Assembly (NCBI GenBank): GCA_050944155.1
Contig: JBMNQN010000019.1
Coordinates: forward strand, 1 to 10,326
From: Candidatus Methanomethylophilaceae archaeon
GTDB lineage: Archaea > Thermoplasmatota > Thermoplasmata > Methanomassiliicoccales > Methanomethylophilaceae
Reading direction: 5' to 3'
Length of the DNA stretch: 10,326 nt
Positions 6,088 through 10,326 of this stretch are shown here, one piece after another. The number at the start of each line of letters is the position of its first letter. Position 1 is the first letter of the stretch. The translations under genes and the position numbers were made by a program. Below the pieces are notes generated by a model, which had not been told where the DNA came from, made no database searches, and saw only the letters and a program-made list of their open reading frames with translations.

Positions 6088-7848
6088 ATGCTTTTCTCCG
6101 AAGTGGCGGACCTGTTCGACAGAATAGAAGCCGAACCCAGCCGTTTGGCCATGACGTCCATTCTGTCCGATTTTTTCAGAAACGCTCCGAAGGAAAGACT
6201 GGCAGACATCGTCTATCTGATTCAGGGCAAGCTCCGTCCGGACTTCTACCCCCAGGTACTGGGTATGTCGGATAAACTGGTAATCAAAGCTATAGCGGCC
6301 ACTGCGGGAATGCCCGAACAGGAAGTTACCGCAGCGGTAATCAAAGAAGGAGATCCGGGAACCGCGGCCGAAAAACTCATAAGCAAAAAGAAGCAGATGA
6401 CTCTGTTCTCGAACCCTTTGACTCTGGAAAGGGTTCTGAAAAGCCTGAGAGATATAGAAAATGCGGAAGGAAAGGATTCCCAGAACAAAAAGACGAAGAT
6501 ACTGTCCAACATGCTCCACGATTCCGGACCCGCCGAAGCGAGATATCTCTGCAGAATCGTAACCGGAAGGATGAGAGTGGGCGCCGGAGCCATGACCGTA
6601 TTGGACGCTCTCGCCGAAGCTTTCGCGTCCAAGGAAGACCGTCCCGAAATAGAGAGGGCGTACAACGTAACCTGCGATCTGGGTCTTGTGGCCGAAACCG
6701 TGGGGACCGGCGGAATGGACGCCGTGAAGAAAATCGGAGTCAAGGTGGGAAACCCGCTGAAAGTCATGCTTGCGGAAAGGCTGCGCAGCATACCAGAAAT
6801 CATAGAAAAGATGGGCGGAAAATGCGCCATGGAATACAAGTACGACGGGATACGGGTTCAGGCCCACATATCCGAAGACGGAGTGAAACTGTATTCCAGA
6901 AGACTGGAAAATCTGACTTCCAACTTCCCTGACATCGCCGAGGCCCTAAAACGGAAGTACAGAGGAAAAGAGGCTATAATCGAAGGGGAATGTGTGGCCG
7001 TAGACGGAGAAGGAAAGATGCTTCCTTTCCAGACCGTCACCCACCGCAGAAAGAAACACGGAATGAGCGACGCCGTGAAAGAATATCCCGTCAGAATTTT
7101 CATGTTCGACATTCTCTATTCGGACGGGGAAGACCTTACGGGAAAACCGTATCCGGTCAGAAGGGAAACCCTGGGAAAAATGTTCGATATCTCCGAAAAC
7201 GTGGGAATGACGGAAATGAAAATGATTTATTCCGATGACGAGGGAAAAGAATTTTTCGCCAGAGCTCTGGAAGACAGGTGCGAAGGAATCATGGCTAAAT
7301 CCGTCGCCGAAGATTCCGTGTACAGAGCGGGGTCCAGAGGATTTCTCTGGATTAAGTACAAAAAAGACTACCAGCAGTCTCTTGTCGATTCTTTCGATCT
7401 CGCCGTCGTCGGCGCGTTCTACGGAATGGGAAAGAGAGCGGGAAAGTACGGAGCTCTGCTCATGGCCGTTTACGACCCGGATACGGATTCCTACGGAACC
7501 GTGTGCAAACTGGGTACGGGATTCGACGATGAATTTCTGGAAAAACTTCCCGATATGCTCGAACCGTATCTTTCGGAAACGAAACCTTCCAACGTCGATG
7601 CGCGCATGATTCCCGACGTGTGGTTCGATCCCGCCGTCGTGCTGGAAGTCACCGGGGCGGAGATAAGCATCAGTCCCATCCACACGGCAGCATCGGGCTT
7701 CGTGAAAGAAGATTCCGGCCTGGGAATACGTTTCCCCCGCTTTACCGGAAGAGTGCGCGGCGACAAAGACGCATCCGAATGCACAACGTATTCCGAAATA
7801 GCCGAAATGTACGCCCTTCAGAAACCCGCGGACGCAGGCAAAGATTAA
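6088..7848 (+). CDS. lig: ATP-dependent DNA ligase (archaeal ligase I type)
   Basis: 586 aa with an N-terminal DNA-binding domain, motif I EYKYDGIR, YSRRLEN, EGECV, FDIL, EGIMAK, WIKYK, G.G.R.G and RFPRF. Internal PIP-like QMTLF. Confidence 0.97.
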   Translation: MLFSEVADLFDRIEAEPSRLAMTSILSDFFRNAPKERLADIVYLIQGKLRPDFYPQVLGMSDKLVIKAIAATAGMPEQEVTAAVIKEGDPGTAAEKLISKKKQMTLFSNPLTLERVLKSLRDIENAEGKDSQNKKTKILSNMLHDSGPAEARYLCRIVTGRMRVGAGAMTVLDALAEAFASKEDRPEIERAYNVTCDLGLVAETVGTGGMDAVKKIGVKVGNPLKVMLAERLRSIPEIIEKMGGKCAMEYKYDGIRVQAHISEDGVKLYSRRLENLTSNFPDIAEALKRKYRGKEAIIEGECVAVDGEGKMLPFQTVTHRRKKHGMSDAVKEYPVRIFMFDILYSDGEDLTGKPYPVRRETLGKMFDISENVGMTEMKMIYSDDEGKEFFARALEDRCEGIMAKSVAEDSVYRAGSRGFLWIKYKKDYQQSLVDSFDLAVVGAFYGMGKRAGKYGALLMAVYDPDTDSYGTVCKLGTGFDDEFLEKLPDMLEPYLSETKPSNVDARMIPDVWFDPAVVLEVTGAEISISPIHTAASGFVKEDSGLGIRFPRFTGRVRGDKDASECTTYSEIAEMYALQKPADAGKD

Positions 7849-7874
7849 AGATAAGAACGGGGTTAGGCAGCCCT

Positions 7875-8129
7875 ATGGAAATATACGTTGCAGAGAAAAC
7901 CGGCGATTCAGTGACTCTCGGACTGAAGGATGCCGATCTGACGGTCATCCAGCCCCTTATGGATTCCCTGTACGAAAACAAAGACGTTCTTTTAGTCCGT
8001 TTCATAGAAGAGCACCCCGAACTTGCCGACAGGCTTCTTTACGTCAAAGTCGGAAAGGGAGATGCTCTGGCCGCCATAAAGGAAGCCGCCGAGAATCTCT
8101 CCGGGTACTACTCGGAGATAGTTCAGTAA
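7875..8129 (+). CDS. rpoL: DNA-directed RNA polymerase subunit Rpo11 (L)
   Basis: 84 aa from ATG 7875 (MEIYVAEK...DLTVIQPL...DV...EHPE...LYVKV..GDALAAIKEAAENL) fits the Rpb11/RpoL pattern. The upstream part of the 169-aa ORF overlaps lig and is not real. Confidence 0.8.
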   Translation: MEIYVAEKTGDSVTLGLKDADLTVIQPLMDSLYENKDVLLVRFIEEHPELADRLLYVKVGKGDALAAIKEAAENLSGYYSEIVQ

Positions 8130-9434
8130 ATGAAATACCGGCTCTGCGAAACCGATGAAAAAGAAATCGGGATGCTGTATTATCTCAGCACCGCCGACGG
8201 CACCGGGGGACGTATCAAAGTTCTGCCCGAAGACTTCGAGGTAAACGAAGTTTCGGAAGGTCCCGAGGAAGATCCGAACGGGAAATATACGATAGCCAGA
8301 GTGAAAAGCTCAAACTGGGAAACGAACCGCATGGTCCGTCTCATGTCCAGAAGTCTGGGGGTTTCGAGAGAGAAAATCGGGTTTGCCGGAACCAAGGACA
8401 AAAGAGCCGTAACTTCCCAGCTTATGTCTTTTCAGTGTTCTCCCGAAGAACTGGGAAAAATAAATCTCAAAGATATCGAGATAACCGATGTTTACAGAGC
8501 CAGACGTCCGATAAAAATCGGAGAGCTTGCGGGAAACCGATTCAGCATTAAGGTAAAAGAGACGGAGATGCCTCCGGAAAAGATACCCGAAACCCTGGAA
8601 TCCGTTCTGGGAGACATACGGGAAACGGGAGGGTTTCCCAATTACTTCGGAGTCCAGAGATTCGGAGTGGTGAGACCGGTAACCCACAGAGTGGGAGAAA
8701 AACTGGTACGCGGGGATACGGAGGGCGCAGTGAGGGACTATCTTTCGTATCCGTCCGTGTTCGAAAACGAAGAAGTGGCCGAAGCAAGAAAGGAACTGGC
8801 ACAAAGGGACGATTGGGGGGAACTTCTGAAAATAATGCCTCAATCTATGGGATTCGAAAAGTCGATGGTGGGGCATCTTGCGGACAATCCAGGTGACTGG
8901 AACGGCGCCATAGAATCTCTTCCCGGAAACCTCCAGATGATGCTGGTACACGCCTATCAGTCGTACATTTTCAACCTGATGCTCAGCGAGAGGATGGAAA
9001 GAGGACTTCCGCTGAACGCTCCCGTGGAAGGTGATTCGGTCCTTCCGATATGTGCGGACGGAACGCCCGACCATGAACATCCTTCCGAGGTAACTTCCAA
9101 AAATATCGATTTGGTAGCCAATCAGGTAAAATCGGGAAGGGCCGCCGTTGCCATAACCGTGTTCGGAAGGGACAGCGTTCCCAGGGGCGGAGAGATGGGA
9201 GAAATCGAAGCCCGCGTCATAGAAAGAGAAGGCATAAAAACTTCCGATTTTACCGTTGTGGGTCTTCCCAGATGCAGTTCCAAAGGAAGCATGCGGGAGA
9301 TCGTCTGCCCCGTGAAAGATCTGAAATATTCCGCGGACCCGGACGGTTATGAAATAAGCTTCTATCTCACGAAAGGAAACTACGCGACCTGCCTCATGCG
9401 GGAATTCATGAAATCGGAAATGCTCAGCTACTGA
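8130..9434 (+). CDS. truD: tRNA pseudouridine(13) synthase TruD/Pus7
   Basis: PEDFEVNE, NWET, FAGTKDKRAVTSQ (catalytic Asp), GNRF, FPNYFGVQRFG, HAYQSYIFN and LTKGNYAT. The start directly abuts the rpoL stop (TAAATG). Confidence 0.96.
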   Translation: MKYRLCETDEKEIGMLYYLSTADGTGGRIKVLPEDFEVNEVSEGPEEDPNGKYTIARVKSSNWETNRMVRLMSRSLGVSREKIGFAGTKDKRAVTSQLMSFQCSPEELGKINLKDIEITDVYRARRPIKIGELAGNRFSIKVKETEMPPEKIPETLESVLGDIRETGGFPNYFGVQRFGVVRPVTHRVGEKLVRGDTEGAVRDYLSYPSVFENEEVAEARKELAQRDDWGELLKIMPQSMGFEKSMVGHLADNPGDWNGAIESLPGNLQMMLVHAYQSYIFNLMLSERMERGLPLNAPVEGDSVLPICADGTPDHEHPSEVTSKNIDLVANQVKSGRAAVAITVFGRDSVPRGGEMGEIEARVIEREGIKTSDFTVVGLPRCSSKGSMREIVCPVKDLKYSADPDGYEISFYLTKGNYATCLMREFMKSEMLSY

Positions 9435-10326
9435 TTTTCTTCAGCGATGCTGCGCCGTACACACCGAGACCGGTACTCTTCATTATGTCGAAAACGGACA
9501 TTCCGGCATATTCTTCGGAAGCGAGACCTTTCACGTCCTCCGGAACCTGCCCGTCTCCGCGGGCGGAATTCATGGCCGAATACACGTAAGAGACGAGAGT
9601 TTTCGCTTCGTCCGAATCATTCGAGCCACCGGCAACATACGCGGCGGGTATGGAAATTATCGGATCTTTTTCTATGTCCGTAAGATTCGCTCTCATCACC
9701 GCGTTATGGGAAAGCTTCTCCAGTCTCTCGTATTCCGGGGTTCCGGGAATTATTTCTCCGTATTCCGAAATGTCGGAAAGGTAATCCATGACTGCTTCGA
9801 ATACTGCGTAATCCAAATCGAGTACGTTTTCGATTCCGGGGTCGTCTAGGGAACGTTTTGTTGCGTAGGCTCTGCGCAGAAGACTTTCCGCGTGTCTCTT
9901 CACGGAAACGGGAACGTCTCCCGCCGCTTTCCCGCCGGAGACGTTTGCGGCTCTTCCCGCCATAACCGAAGCTTCCTGGGGACGTCCGCTTTTCATGAGT
10001 ATTTCGGACATCTCTTCCAGAAGTTTCACGTCCGGGTCGGGAGTCCTGAGCAGATTCCTGTACATCTCGGCGACTCCGTCCGGATTGCGGCGTTCGGAAT
10101 ATATTTTCGCCTTGAGAACCATGGCTTCCGCGTTGCCGGGTTCGTCGGAAAGAACGGTATCCACTGTTCTGTCCGCTTCCTTGATGTCTCCCTTGAGGTA
10201 CTGCGCGTTGGCGAGACGTATGCGGGGACCGTTGTCTTCCCCGCACTTGGTGACCGCCATCGAAAACTCCGAAACGGCTCCGTCCAAATCTCCCGTCTTC
10301 TCTTTCGCGTCTCCCAGTTTGACGTA
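9424..10326 (-). CDS. Tetratricopeptide-repeat protein, 5'-partial (runs off the window)
   Basis: The frame stays open beyond 10287 to the window edge (YVKLGDAKEKTGDLDGAVSEF...). TPR-like helices include LANAQYLKGDIKEA, EPGNAEAMVLKAKIY and LMKSGRPQEA. A non-TPR C-terminal domain follows. There is an 11-nt convergent overlap with truD. Confidence 0.82.
   Translation of the reverse strand, partial: YVKLGDAKEKTGDLDGAVSEFSMAVTKCGEDNGPRIRLANAQYLKGDIKEADRTVDTVLSDEPGNAEAMVLKAKIYSERRNPDGVAEMYRNLLRTPDPDVKLLEEMSEILMKSGRPQEASVMAGRAANVSGGKAAGDVPVSVKRHAESLLRRAYATKRSLDDPGIENVLDLDYAVFEAVMDYLSDISEYGEIIPGTPEYERLEKLSHNAVMRANLTDIEKDPIISIPAAYVAGGSNDSDEAKTLVSYVYSAMNSARGDGQVPEDVKGLASEEYAGMSVFDIMKSTGLGVYGAASLKKISS

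Noticed and set aside
2506-10246. Other long overlapping ORFs (2506-3387, 4018-4917, 4232-5371, 4993-5970, 6013-6867, 6946-7683, 8310-9080, 9704-10246)
   Set aside because: All are alternative-frame or antisense shadows of well-supported genes, with Arg/Ser- or Phe/His-biased composition and no motifs.

Overview
This is an archaeal chromosomal window of mostly housekeeping genes. Protein signatures suggest Thermoplasmata, probably a Methanomassiliicoccales-type organism (inference). Gene order: ADP-forming acyl-CoA synthetase alpha-beta fusion (-), ~400 bp intergenic region, SprT/YgjP-like HExxH zinc metallopeptidase (-), CMD/AhpD-like protein (+), HesB/IscA-like protein (+), Hef/FANCM-like helicase without nuclease domain (+), five tandem 23-bp repeats, ATP-dependent DNA ligase (+), RNA polymerase subunit Rpo11/RpoL (+), TruD (+), and the 3' part of a convergent TPR protein gene (-) running off the window. 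No CRISPR array, tRNA, rRNA or transposase is seen. The least explained signals are non-coding: a candidate structured small RNA at ~2390-2541 with its own TATA-like box and + strand terminator, a two-state inverted-repeat element at 3289-3383, and the 23-bp array next to an AT-rich tract at 5822-6019. None can be confirmed as novel without database searches.
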